Shown here in pieces: positions 52,771 to 64,000 of a stretch of 64,000 nt of DNA (its first letter is position 1; each line of letters opens with the position of its first letter). The position numbers and the translations under genes were made by a program. Source of the stretch: Octopus sinensis (taxonomy: Eukaryota); assembly GCF_006345805.1 (NCBI RefSeq), contig NC_042999.1:167710001-167774000 (forward strand), read 5' to 3'. Below the pieces are notes generated by a model. It was not told the DNA's origin and searched no databases. It was given only the letters and a program-made list of their open reading frames with translations.

Positions 52771-53340
52771 CGTACGTACGTACGTACGTATGTATGTATG
52801 TATGTATGTATGTATGTATGTATGTATGTATGTATGTATGTATGTATGTATGTATGTATGTATGTATGTATGTATGTATGTATGTATGTATGTATGTATG
52901 TACGTACGTACGTACGTACGTACGTACGTATGTATGTATGTATGTATGTATGTATGTATGCTTGTATGTATGTATGTATGTACGTACGTACGTACGTACG
53001 TATGTATGTATGTATGTATGTACGTACGTACGTACGTATGTATGTATGTATGTATGTACGTATGTATGTACGTATGTATGTATGTTTGCATGTATGTATG
53101 TATGTATGTATGTATGTATGTATGTATGTTTGCATGTATGTATGTTTGCATGTATGTATGTATGTTTGCTTGTATGTATGTATGTATGTATGTACGTACG
53201 TATGTATGTATGTATGTATGTATGTATGTACGTACGTATGTATGTATGTTTGTATGTATGTATGTATGTATGTATGGATGGATGTATGCTTGTATGTATG
53301 TATGTATGTATGTATGCATGCATGCATGCTTGTATGTATA
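52771..53340. repeat. (TATG/TACG)n tetranucleotide array
   Basis: Direct reading. Confidence 0.97.
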
Positions 53341-54239
53341 AGTTGGGATGCGTCATTTAGGGTCATAATAAACTCCTCAGTTTGGGATCTGACAACACAG
53401 TTTTGATTTTCTGATGAACTATTTTAATGTTGTGTCTAACGTAGAACCAGCGATTAAATGCTTTTGTCTATTCGCGTCACTACCTCACGTTCTCAGCATT
53501 GGATTTTCTTCTCGTCTCGCAAAGGGTCTGCCCTGCATGTTACTCCTACAGTATACATTACCAATAATTACGTCGATTCGTTTCGCTATATAATCCCTGC
53601 CTTAACGAAAAAAAAAATTAATTAAAAATGGGAAAGATTATTTTATTCAAGCAAATGCTTTTTACACATAATGTATGTGTGTGGTTGATGTTCATATATA
53701 CTTTTAATATGACATATATTCTAATGTAATTTCAATTCACTCACCGACATGTTCCTGTGAATTTAACCGTAGTCAATGGTCTGGAGAGAAAGAGAGAGAG
53801 AGAGAAACAAAATGTTTCCGCAAAACTAACTTGTCTTCGTAAGCAAAATTAACTTGGAAGTTTATGAGCATATGTATTTTATGACGAATTAAAATATCCC
53901 ATAACGTTTATTGGGTCATTGGAATAGTGCCGAATACTCCGTCCTCCACGTTTCTCATATGTCAACAATAAATACATTTGATGAAAATTCTACCGCTTAG
54001 CTTTCTGACAGGTCACTAAACCGCAGCATGTGTGCTTGTGTCCGTGTGTGTGCGCAGTGGTGGGTGGGGTTGCGTCCGTGTGTATGTGTACGTGTGTATG
54101 TGTTCAAAATCTATTTTATGTTTATATGCAGCAGACACAGTATTAGAATAAAATAACCATTTATATATCATACTTAATGTTGATACGTGATAGGAAACTT
54201 AACAGCGATATACGTTCACGCCAGCTAAGTTGAACTGTC

Positions 54240-54405
54240 TAAAGTCGAAAGACGCCTGTTGTTTTTGTCCTGTTATCATTATTATTATTATTATTATCAT
54301 TATTGTTTTTTGTATTTATATTCGTATTACTTTTTGTTTTTTGTATTTATATTCGTGTAACATCGTCCGTTTTTCTGTCCTTGTTTCGTATACATTCGAT
54401 CCTTC
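54240..54405 (+). mobile_element. Tx1-like 3' UTR fragment
   Basis: Near-identical to 35430-35580. Confidence 0.75.
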
Positions 54406-54410
54406 GTAAC

Positions 54411-54870
54411 TGTGAGCATGAAAAGTAATATTCTTAAGATGATAAACCTGGAAAAGTACAGGACAAGTTATTACACCTGGAAAAGTACAGGACAAGTTAT
54501 TACACCTGGAAAGGTATAGGACAAACTATTACTTCAAATAAAGTAAAGAATAAGAAACTTTTTACTTAAAATATTGCATCAAAGAATGCCAGTTTTTCTA
54601 ATTTATCACTCTTTACAGTTCTCATCTTTTAAATTTATCGTGCAAAACTGTTCAACTAATTTGTAAGTTTGCCTAATTAGTCACTTTTTTCTGTATTTAA
54701 AGTAGTAAATTAGCCAAATTCTACTTAAATTTTAGCTGCAATATTTTAAGTAAAAAGTTTCTTATTCTTTACTTGAAGTAATAGTTTGTCCTATACTTTT
54801 ATAGGTGTAAGAACTTGTCCTGTACTTTTCCTGGTTTATAATCTTAAGAATATGACTTTTCATGCTTGCA
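54411..54870. mobile_element. MITE/foldback with 135-165-bp inverted arms
   Basis: 54411-54578 is the reverse complement of 54737-54870. The left arm has a tandem duplication of the 29-mer ACCTGGAAAAGTACAGGACAAGTTATTAC. Confidence 0.85.
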
Positions 54871-55346
54871 TTATTCCATGTAATCCATGATTTTTCCAGG
54901 CATTGCTTTTATAAGATAATTAATAATGTTTCAATTAATAATTTAAGATTTAACCTTATAAAATACTGAAAGATAATATTTCAATTTTTCCATGTAAGTG
55001 ATGATAATATTTCAATTTTTTTCATGTTTAATTTAAATATATTTTGTGATTGAATTATTTGATATTATTCATCCACACCAAGTTAATGGCAGGGATTTTT
55101 ACCATGTTGTTGGTTGCACCATGACTCACCAACAGATACAAACAACAAGACCCCATAACCATCAGTTACCAGGCTCACCTAAAGTAACCTAATTCTGTAG
55201 TAAAAAATGACTATTATTGTACCTTCTACTTTATGTAAATATTTGGTATGAATTTTGTTCCTGAATAATCATTAATCAATCATACAATCTTTGTGTTAAA
55301 TTTAATTTTTAGTTACAAATCCACTGAATTTTGCTTTTTAATTTTT

Positions 55347-56063
55347 TTACATTTTTTCCATAAATAATAAAACAATGTCAAGCAATTTGAGATGAAATTT
55401 AATATGTCTTTTTGTAATGATGTTGTCACTGATTTCATCCCAAATATCATATCCAGTTTTAATCAGTGTGGTATAATGGCCTACCCTAGATGTTGGTCAT
55501 CTATGAATAACAGCAGCTTTTAGAGTAAAATTTGTGCCAAATATTTGCTGTCTTTTTGAACTGAAGTTCATTATATCATGTTTGATACTTTCATCCATAT
55601 TAATATTTTGATTAATTAAAAATCTATTAACTTGGATAACAAGATATTTGAATTCAGGAAGAAATTCAATTCTGGAAGTAATTTCATGTTCAATATTGAG
55701 TGAACATGTTTCACAATTTTTTGTAAGTGTTGTGGTTTTAGTAATCAAAATTTCAAATTGTTGAGGACCATTCATTGGTTGCAAAAACAATTCTTCTTTT
55801 AAATCAATAGGTAGTTGTGATTGTCTACCACAACCAGGAATTGTATTGCAGTTGCAAATTTCATTTAAAAAGATGTTGCAAGTATGTTGATGCAGTCTAA
55901 TGCATCTAAACTTTCGTTGAAATTCCATTTCAAAATGAAGATAAATTTCTTTCCGAAATTCATGAGCACATAGTTGACTTCCATCATTAAATCTTCCACC
56001 AATAATCCTTTTTAAATTTGCGACAGTGTTTCGATTATGATAAAGAATATTTGGGCATGTGAT
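55347..56063 (-). pseudogene. Intronless ubiquitin-specific protease (peptidase C19)-like frame; Cys box missing, one internal stop
   Basis: Manual translation: GRFNDGSQLCAHEF (QQDAHEF-like), CN..CG and CETC Cys pairs, LPEFKYLVIQVNRF (LP..L.I.L.RF-like), LKAAVIHR*PTSRVGHYTTLIK..WDEISD (His box plus Asp). The TGA at 55497-55499 sits where Gly (GGA) is expected. Confidence 0.7.
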
Positions 56064-56624
56064 TTAGGTTGGGGGATACTTTGGCTGTTATTTTTAGTGT
56101 GTCAAGCGACCAGGTAGAGGCTCTTTCATTGGTTCGATTGCGTGATGAGATCAGCAGAAGTTAGAGAGTAAGTCAAAAGCTGAGTTTTGTGTATTGGCAC
56201 TTATCAAACACGAATTTGTCCATTGTCACTCCGTAACTTCTGAAGAAATAACTTCTAAAATGCAAAATTTTGTCCAGAACATTAAGAGTAAACCCTGATC
56301 TATGTGACACATTCTACCTGTATCAGAAGTTTGAAAGAGTTTAGTTAAAAAAATATAAATGAAATAATCTGTTAGTCAAAGTCGACCTCGGCGAAACTTG
56401 AACTCAAAAAAACATAAAGACAGACGAAATACAGTTAAGCATTTCACCCAGTGTGCTAACGTTTCTGCCAGATTGCCACCTTAGAAAGTGAACTTTGATT
56501 TTAGAAATATATTCTTTATTCTTATAACTGAAGCGTTACTCTCTTACTGACAGGAAATTTGGTAACATTATGTTAATTGAAGATGAATAGGTGCCTTACA
56601 GCCCCCCTTGAGGTCACAGATATT

Positions 56625-57590
56625 TTGATGTAACTTTTCCGCCTATGCCGAGACCACGCGGTTTGTGACAGATCATACCGTGGTCGACTTTATCAAAGGC
56701 CTTTGCAAAGTCGAGATATATTACATCCACATTTGAGCCATTTAGTAGCTGTTTCAACACCCAGTCATAGTGTTGCAGGAGCTGTGTTAGGCAGCTTCTA
56801 CCTGGTCAAAATCCATGCTGAGTGTCAGTCAGCAAGTCATTTTCTTCAAGGAACATGATTAGTTTCTTGCGGACTATTCATTCCATGACTTTGCTGATGT
56901 GCGAGGTCAGAGAGATAGGCCTATAATTTTTAACATCTGCTCTGCTTCCTCCCTTATGGATAGGGTATATTACCCCTTCTTTCAATTTGACTGGGAGCTT
57001 ACCACTTGCAAGAAAGCTCTGAAAAAGAAGCTGTAGCAGTTTTGCAAGGGCTCATTTGCACAATTTGAGAAGGATCACTGGAAATCCATCAGGCCCAGCA
57101 GCTGAGTTTGTGTCAATCTCATCTATGGCTAGTGTGATATCATCATCTTCAATGTTGATGTACTAAATTTTTGCCTCTTTGGCCACAGGTAATGTGGCAA
57201 AGAATTCTTCTGGGTTGTTTACTTGCCTGTGTACTAGAGGTGTAGTGAACACACTTTGGAACTGTTCGTTCAGTATTTCACTTATCCTCGTTGGATTTCC
57301 TGTGAGGGAGCGATCTTTGTGGAAGAGAGGTCCTATTCTCTGGTGCACTGTGGCTGTCTCTTTGGCAAACTTAAAGAAAGATTTAGGGTTTGACTTTATA
57401 TTTTCTATTACCCAAGCTTCTTTATCTGCTCTCTCCTTTTCATGAGACTGATGCAGACTTTTCTTAATTTCCATTAGCATTCTCTCGAGCCGAGACTTCT
57501 CACCACTTTTGGTGTGCTTGCTCAGGCGGAAGCAATCCTTGTCCATCGTCTCATAAGAATCTTCCTTTCTCTAGGGATCCTGTTTTTGTT
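56625..57590 (-). pseudogene. CR1-clade LINE ORF2 fragment, paralogous to 44480-45880
   Basis: IKSNPKSFFKFAK..IGPL, SAAGPDGFPVILLK, YRPISLTSHISKVM and YLDFAKAFDKVDH motifs. Confidence 0.88.
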
Positions 57591-57599
57591 TTTGTGTGG

Positions 57600-57652
57600 T
57601 TATATATATGTGTATATATATATGTGCATATGTGTATATATATATATATGTG

Positions 57653-57699
<47 letters not shown>

Positions 57700-57742
57700 G
57701 GATATATATATGTGTATATATATATATGTGTATATATATATA

Positions 57743-57773
<31 letters not shown>

Positions 57774-58095
57774 GGATGTATATATATGTGTGTATATATA
57801 TATATATATATGTGTGTATATATATATATGTGTGTGTGTGTATATATATATATATGGATGTATATATGTGTATATATATATATATGTGTATATATATATG
57901 TGTGTGTGTATATATATATATATGGATGTATATATGTGTGTATATATATATATATATGTGTATATATATATATGTGTATATATATATATGTGTGTGTGTG
58001 TGTGTATATATATGTGGATGTATATATGTGTATATATATATATGTGTATATATATGTATGTGTATATATATGTGTATATATATATGTATATATAT
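57600..58095. repeat. (TA)/(TG) complex microsatellite with recurring GGAT interruptions
   Basis: Direct reading. Confidence 0.95.
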
Positions 58096-58195
58096 ACCGG
58101 AGTAAACACATAAATGTGAAACAAGGTGGAAAAAGGAGTACTCAAATACCAGTGGTAGAGTAATATGCTTTATTTAAAGCAGCAGAAAATTCAAC

Positions 58196-58243
58196 AAAAC
58201 CTGTTACTCTGAGTTTCCCGTTGCCGTTCATCGAACAGTTTTT
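58196..58243 (-). ncRNA. Degenerate minimal hammerhead-like motif (family 2, second copy)
   Basis: Minus strand AAAACUGU-UCGAUGA-ACGGCAACGG-GAAA-CUCAGAGUA-ACAGGUUUU, homologous to 19926-19969. Confidence 0.45.
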
Positions 58244-58283
58244 GCTATATATATGTATATATACAGGGAAGGAAAGAAAGAGG

Positions 58284-58317
58284 TTTTAATGTTTCGAGTG
58301 AAGCTCTTCTTCAGAAA
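58284..58317 (-). ncRNA. Degenerate minimal hammerhead-like motif (family 3)
   Basis: Minus strand UUU-CUGAAGA-A-GAG-CUUCA-CUC-GAAAC-AUU-AAAA. Confidence 0.4.
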
Positions 58318-58469
58318 TAAAGTAAAGTCCAAAATATGGGAAGAGAGACGAAGAAAATTGACAACGATACACACATGGTTACATACATAGGTATATACTT
58401 ATATGTCTTGCATCTACCGATCCATGTTTTTGTTTTGGGACAAAAAATATGAAGAATATTAATATTTCA

Positions 58470-58845
58470 GTCCCACTGGTTCAGTCCTACAGGTTCAGTC
58501 CCACTGCGTGGCACCTTGGGCAAGTGTCTTCTACTATAGCCTCGGGCCGACCAAAGCCTTGTGAGTGGATTTGGTAGACGGAAACTGAAAGAAGCCCGTC
58601 GTATATATGTATATATATATATATATGCGTGTGTGTGTTTGTGTGTCTGTGTTTGTCCCCCTAGCATTGCTTGACAACCAATGCTGGTGTGTTTATATCC
58701 CCGTTACTTAGCGGTTCGGCAAAAAGAGACCGATAGAATAAGTACTGGGCTTACAAAAGAATAAGTCCCGGGGTCGAGTTGCTCGATTAAAGGTGGTGCT
58801 CCAGCATGGCCGCAGTCAAATGACTGAAACAAGTAAAAGAGTATT
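58470..58845 (+). mobile_element. SINE-B copy with a rearranged head
   Basis: Near-identical to 44050-44405. Confidence 0.88.
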
Positions 58846-59220
58846 TCCTATATAAAATATGAAAGCCTGCAAGCTATATGAACCATTTGTATATGGTTTC
58901 CTAGCCACTTATATGTGAGTGTAGTCTACCTGTGTTTCTAATTCAAGTGTCAGCTTGTTGTCTGTATGTAATTTTCTAAACAAAAACTATTCACTATACA
59001 TTTTACTTGTTCATTTAGCATGCCACTCGTATACTCTCTGCCAACAGTTATTCATATGAGTAGTTTTCTTGTGATTTCTTCATTCACAATGTTATACATG
59101 TTTAATTTTCTTTAGAAGAATCGTTCATTATCCATTTCATTTGTTTTAGAGAACTGTTTAGAAACGGGTACCCTACTGTATATATTATTTTCATTGAACT
59201 GGAAACAAGGAGCGGGGTAT

Positions 59221-59748
59221 GAAATTTTCTTTTCCCACAAGAGTTCCGGACCCCAGTAATGAACTCATTTGCATACAGCTCACCTTGGCCATATCAAGTT
59301 AACAAACACACTCTACAAAGTAAACTCAAGTCGAAGAACAGTGTTGTAAGTCGACCTATCACCAAGTTATGCCTGATTCTAGAAAGGAGACAAGTAATTA
59401 GATAGATTTGCATTTATACCTGTTATCGGATTTTGTTAGGGCCCCATATGGTAAAGATGTGGATGGGAAGAATGTGGGTAGAGGGTGATGTTCTAGCAAC
59501 CCTTACTGTTTTACAAAGTAAACAACAACACAAATAACTATGCAGAGGCAGCCATGGTTCGAACAAGAACAACAAGCATTATCAAAAGAGAAAAGAAGCA
59601 TGGTCATTCCTTACCTAAGCGACTTTATCTTATTACCCATCACTTGTTTTCCGCTCATAAATTAGTTTGATAGCTGAGCTCTGATTGGCTGTATGCAAAT
59701 GAGTTCATAACTGGGGTCCAGAACTCTAGTGGGGAAAGAAATTTCGCA
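59221..59748. mobile_element. MITE-like element with ~58-bp inverted arms, each containing an octamer motif
   Basis: 59221-59279 is the reverse complement of 59688-59745. ATTTGCAT at 59267 and ATGCAAAT at 59693. Confidence 0.65.
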
Positions 59749-62700
59749 AGCGGGGGTAGGTAGGAAAGATGACTGACTAGCAGAGAGAAGCAAATTGGTG
59801 AGTGTTGCCACACAACCAACACAGTCACTCGAGGTGTGGAGTGATGCGTGTGATGATTTAACAAGGAATCAAATAACAGAGAGGTGAATCGATTTGTTAT
59901 AGACCATGCACCATCTAAATAAATATTTTTTTTTATGAAATCTTGCAGAACTGTTCTTGTCATACAATCACTTAGGTTATGAAATGTGATAAATGTGCAA
60001 GGTGGATAGATATATTCTAGAATTAATTCCGCCTGAATCAGCTCTGTTGCTGTGAGTGCCCGTCGGAATAGTCAGTTCTATGTCCAAATGCTACATAGAA
60101 AGGTGGATATAATGTAATAATTTCATATAGAAATGAGGCGTTAGTCAGAGAATTTTATGTGTGTCCTTGTTTGTAAATGTATGTAATTGAGAGAGAGAAA
60201 GAGAGAAACTAGACTTCACATTTATTTTTTTTAAAATTCCCTACAAATGGTTTTAATACAGTTTTAACAGAAATATTTGGAAGAATTAGAAGAAATAACG
60301 CAGTGAAATGGAATGGCTACTCGAGAGAATCGAAACCGACACGCTGCGATTGTTCCCTCTCCATACGAGTTTTCGCCAGACTGTCTATCACATGTGTGTT
60401 TGATACATAGATAAAAGTGAAATTAAAAAATAAGGCAGGCGTAAAATTACAGTTGATATTTTATTTAATATCCAACTGATTTTCCATGGTGCTGCATGTA
60501 CTTCTTTCAGACCAATATTACGCAATCATTGATGAATGTAACGTTATAGCTTTTAGTTAATTAACTACTTAGTAATTTATCTTCGGTCTTTGTCATTAGA
60601 TAATCTAACTTTTGATTAGATTGCATAAACTTCTCTAGAGTGTCCCACCACCACCTTATACCCACTTCCAAAACCTATCTTAGAATGAACTCAACATTTC
60701 GAGTGCAGTGCATATATGATACAATTCCATTTATGTGATATGGTTAAAGTAAATATTGTTTTAATATTTTTGTCACGTTTTGCAAGTAGTAGTTGTAGTA
60801 AATATCTTTTGAGTTATTCCGAAATGGCACGCCCGAAAACACTCTTGTTGCACTCAGTTTTATTTATTTATTGTTTTTAAATAAAGGGGGAAAAAATATT
60901 GTTTCAATTCTATTTTAGTGATAAATATTTTTAGGGAGCCATAAATTCTTGGTTATCTCATCCGAAACAAGAAATGAGGCATGTTAATATCCTACATTTT
61001 AAGTTTGATCTTAATTCGTTTCATATTTCTCAATATTGATACAGGCGTTAAATATTGCAAGTTTCTTATGAAAAAACAGTCGCCGTTCTCTAGATATCTA
61101 TTTCTGTCTATAAGCTAATCTAAATCTTATTTATTCATCTAGGTTATGGATGTGTAAGCGTTATGAATGTATTGAATGCTTGAAATGTCCCCTTCCTATC
61201 TCGTTATAAGGTCGAGATATCTTTAGTGCTACAAAAGTAAAATAAAAATAACTAAAAATAATAAAACACGTGGATTTCTACATCTGTCAGTGAGTCTAAG
61301 TAGCTCAAAGTCGCTGTCTGTCCGCAATGCTAACTCCCTTCTCCTCCCTCCATTTACGGTTCTCACCATCTTCGAGCCCTCCTTCCTTTACACCATTACC
61401 TCCAGCCTCCGATTTCATTTTGTTATCGTTTAACCAGCAACCACAGTGTTAGCAGAAACAGATAAAATAGGATAAGCAAAATATTTGTATATATTGTGAG
61501 TGGTGAATGGCGGTAAAAGCGAGCGCATCATGTCACATAGTATATTAATATATACACATGGTTAAAAAGTTCACCGGTGCTTCGCATGAAAAAGAGTGAG
61601 GGGCTAGACTTTTTTCCTTTTACTTTTGTTTTTTCTAAAGGGTCTGTAGAGAGGGGCGAGGATAGATTCTTCGAATTAGGAATGAATCTCCCGGCACTAC
61701 TTGTCTTCACAGACCCACTATTTGGGTGAAGGATAGGCTTACACGACACTAAAGCAACGTGCCCGGCATCGTCGGCGTCGCTAAAGGTCAGTGAACACAA
61801 CTTTTCATGGGTGGCTGGCTGATGGTGAGACTGCAGATAAAGAAGAAGAAGAAAGTGTGTTAGGGGGGCGTTCAGTTTGCGACGACGAGAAAAGGGTTTA
61901 GGGTTGGGATGGTTTCAGAAAGAAGAAGAAGGAAGAATCTGCTGGGGAAAGACAGACGGGCAAAGAATTGGAAAAAGGAAATACGAGACGATACTGTTCA
62001 GACGTTGTAAGAATCCAACAAGGCCACAGACTATCAAATATTCCTAATTATTTCGCCATACTTTTTTCCCCTCTTATTTCTTTAATATCTCACAGTAAAA
62101 AAGATGCAAAAGAACATCCATTATTTGTCTTTAAGAACAGTTTTGATAGTTTGGATTCTTACTGAAATATATATATATATAGTTATTGAGAATATTTACC
62201 AAATGAAATAGTTCGTTAGCAGCTTACAAGTGAATTATAAGATTTTCTTTCAAAGACAAGCCAATCGCCCTCCACCTCCAAATATCTATCGGACTTGGCT
62301 GTTTCGAAAATAGCTGACAAGGAATCTTACTTTCTACAGATAACTACATAGCTTAGTGCTCTCGGCTTTTTTGTTATTCTTTCAAGGACGATAGAATATC
62401 CATTTCAAATTAAACTCATATTTAGCGCTTCAGACAGTCTCTTGCAAATATATCTGCAGCGGTGCCGTAGTTCATTTGCTATTAGATACTTTATGATGTT
62501 GATGTTAAGTGATACTCACCATTTCGCTGCTTCTTTGCCAATTTACTTTCAACTTCTCATTTACTCTTTTACAAATATCAAAACAATTTTCTCTCTTTTT
62601 TTTTTTTTTTAAATGATTAAATAGAAATATCGGGGTTAATGCAGTTTCGCACCTCTATTTGAAAATTAATTTAAAAAAAAAAAATTTCTCGGATTCCTAC

Positions 62701-63108
62701 GTTTTAGATGTTGGAGATTACGGATTATGCGAAAAAACATTTTTTAACCGCAACCCTTAAAATTTGTAACTTTTGTCGAAGAATTTGTTTCCCTACGTTT
62801 TCGATGACGGAGATTCCGAATATGCAAGAAACCAGGTTCACAAAATTTTAGATTCAACAGTAACACCGTCTTCTACAGGACCGCCACATTTAGTTGACAA
62901 ATGTATTTTATGAATAGACGGACAGGGATAAATAGACAGATAAATAAATAAATTTAAAATTGGGGGAGAGGGTGAAATTTGAGCCCCTTATTAAACATTA
63001 ATGTTTGTTTCTCATAAAATGGCGCATATTGTTACATTGAGTTCATATTTATACAAGTAAAAGGCAAATTCTTTTCACTTTAATGTTTTTATCTGTATTT
63101 AATTTCGT

Positions 63109-63875
63109 GGATCTTTTCCTTTTGAACGGCACATGTCAACACAATTTCTAGTTAACTAAACACTTTTAAACTTCGTATACTGGTAGAATGTGTTTATAAA
63201 ACATCATTTTTTTCTTGGCTTTATTGAGAAATTTCTATAGTTTGTAAGATAGGTCGTCTGAAATTTCGAGCATTTCAGCAATTTTAACCAATCGCTGACC
63301 TCCATTTGGTGTGAAAACATTCCGTGCTGTATGAATATGTCCCTCGTTTAAGAAACAGATTGGGTTTATTTACATTTGCGAAGAAAAAAAGATACCCTAA
63401 CTCTAAAATAGATTGAAATGCAATAGATTGATACTAGGGTTATAATTATGGGTGACATTTTCATTTGACACAGCTAGAAAAAAATCCCATTTTCCATAGC
63501 GGTGTCATATGAAATTGTCACCCATAATTATAACCCTAGTAACGATCTATTGCATTTCAATCTATTTTAGATTTAGGGGTGGAGGAAGGGTATCTTTTTT
63601 TCTTCACAAATGTAAATAAACCCAATCTGTTTCTTAAATGAGGGACATATTCATACAGCACGGAAGGTTTTCATCCCAAATGGAGGTCAGTGATTGGTTA
63701 AAATTGCCGAAATGCTTGAAATTAAAGTGGAAATATGTTACAACATATAGAATTTTCTCAATAAAGCCAAGAAAAAATGATGTTTTATAAACACATTCTA
63801 CCAGTATACGAAGTTTAAAAGTGTTTAGTTAACTAGAAATTGTGTTGACATGTGCCGTTCAAAAGGAAAAGATCC
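63109..63875. mobile_element. 767-bp foldback element with 8-bp TSD
   Basis: Almost the whole element is an inverted repeat beginning GGATCTTTTCCTTTT..GAACGGCACATGTCAACAC. TSD AATTTCGT at 63101-63108 and 63876-63883. Confidence 0.92.
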
Positions 63876-64000
63876 AATTTCGTTTTTCATATATTTGTCA
63901 ATTCACTACAATCTCTTAAAAGTAAACAAAATCAAAAATTTAAACGGGGGAGTGGGGTGAAATTAAAATATTTTTTTTTTGCTTATTTGTAATCTCTGAC

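Overview
Eukaryotic, repeat-saturated, AT-rich DNA, probably intergenic or intronic. The SINE families and very large TA/TATG microsatellites are most consistent with an octopus genome (inference from recalled repeat families, not a database search). I found no confidently recognisable host protein-coding exon. The window holds several decayed L1/Tx1-clade LINEs, CR1-clade and RTE-clade LINE fragments, at least three tRNA-type SINE families, a full-length but frameshifted DD34D mariner, a Chapaev-3-like transposase relic, non-autonomous Helitron-like elements, several MITE/foldback elements and one 100-N assembly gap. The most unusual items are: (i) a hammerhead-ribozyme motif with an ~80-nt extended stem II at 17.9 kb, plus three degenerate minimal hammerhead-like motifs at 19.9 and 58.2-58.3 kb; (ii) an intronless ~238-codon ubiquitin-specific-protease (C19)-like frame with one stop in the His box at 55.3-56.1 kb; (iii) a 767-bp near-perfect foldback element with an 8-bp TSD and a related copy with expanded TTAGGG-like repeats; (iv) a ~325-bp composite inverted duplication; (v) recurrent identical SINE-SINE junctions. 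Most of the supplied ORFs are artefacts of microsatellites or antisense frames of TEs. TE boundaries are approximate unless a TSD or TIR is quoted.
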